NCBI GenBank assembly: GCA_011109175.1
Contig: RDEW01000005.1
Coordinates: forward strand, 1,670,657 to 1,734,656
Source of the DNA: Dicyema japonicum
Lineage: Eukaryota > Animalia > Dicyemida
DNA length: 64,000 bases
Direction of reading: 5' to 3'
The notes beneath the pieces are model-generated. The model saw only the letters and a list, made by a program, of their open reading frames with translations, made no database searches and was not told the DNA's origin. Below, one piece after another: positions 63,086 to 64,000 of this stretch. Made by a program: the position numbers and the translations under genes. Each line of letters starts with the position of its first letter. The first letter of the stretch is position 1.

Positions 63086-63744
63086 TCTGGTATTTGGTTC
63101 GGAGCTTATTACACAGTCCATCAAATGTCATTATACATCAAATTTATAAATAAATCTTTTTCATGGAAACCAAATTTCAATTAAATAAACGATCAATTCA
63201 GTTAGCGTTTGTTTCTGGGAGGAGTATTGAAGTTTAGCAATGTCTTGGTTCATGGTCTGCAAACTATGAACTTTAAAACTGTCAAGGTTATTAATATGTG
63301 ATCAAAAGAATATTCAACAAATTGCTTAAATCAAACTCAGGGATCATTAAGAGCTCCTCTAGAAAATTTTGAATGATTGCATATTCGAATCTGCAAAATA
63401 ACTAAACGCTGATTAAAGCGGCCTTACATGACTAATGCAAGTAACCTTGTAACATGCCAAAATTCCATGTCAATCATTTTACGGTCAAAAATTCAAATTT
63501 ATCTTTGATTAGTGATTTACCGATTTAATAAAAACGGCTAATTAAAGAAATTATTTCAAAGCTTTCTTGGATTAAAAATCGTGTCCGCTAATCAATTGAA
63601 AATCTAACACAAACTCTCATATTAAAATGAATTTTGTGTTAAAAACTTTTACCCCGTAATTTTGTGGATGACGTCGAATCCAAAAGTTTCTCGATAAAAT
63701 AACTCAAATAGTTAGTGAAAAGCTTATGAAACATTCTGGACAAA

Positions 63745-64000
63745 AAAATCATGAGGTCACCGGTTCAAATCTCGCTGCTGTCCATTCGGTTAAAAGTTCT
63801 ATGTATCTACGATGCTTTGGGGTTGACGAGTGACGCCGTCATCAGCGTTTCAACACTGCAGAACGGGATTGTCTTCTGGAACTCACATCCAAACTAAAAG
63901 AATAGAACAAAGTCAAGAACCCTTTAAATATCTTGGATATGCCTGGATTCATTTAAAATTAAGTTTGAGTCCTGCCTAAGGTGGGGTTAAGTAATGGAAA
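63745..64000 (+). mobile_element. tRNA-derived SINE (runs to the window end)
   Basis: B box ggttcaaatct, family core, tail gtcctgcctaag. Confidence 0.8.

Overview
AT-rich eukaryotic nuclear DNA in the standard genetic code. Host genes are compact and split by very short GT-AG introns (mostly 22-26 nt), and the spaces between them are packed with transposable elements. A ciliary transition-zone gene (TMEM231) plus these tiny introns suggests a genome-reduced ciliated animal, possibly a dicyemid; this is inference. Recognisable host genes: LTO1/ORAOV1, SMN (two copies, no Tudor domain), WDHD1/CTF4, clathrin heavy chain, TMEM231, MRPL55, ITPK1, a RUVBL2 fragment, and several unidentified multi-exon genes. 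Positions 1-8520 are duplicated at 19140-23518; the second copy lacks about 4 kb. Mobile DNA includes an Ingi/Vingi-like APE-RT LINE family with a 2A peptide, CRE-like RLE retrotransposons (one near full length with an N-terminal PHD finger), R4-like and RTE-like remnants, Tigger, MULE, Tc1 and hAT fragments, and a structured tRNA-derived SINE family. The strongest candidate system is a conserved HDV-ribozyme-like fold in the 5' leader of the LINE family (four copies, with covarying P2 and P4 helices). It sits upstream of the 2A-APE-RT ORF and is also carried by a 334-bp non-autonomous derivative flanked by an 18-bp TSD. Many single-base frameshifts fall in homopolymers and may be long-read errors. 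Boundaries of degenerate elements are approximate.
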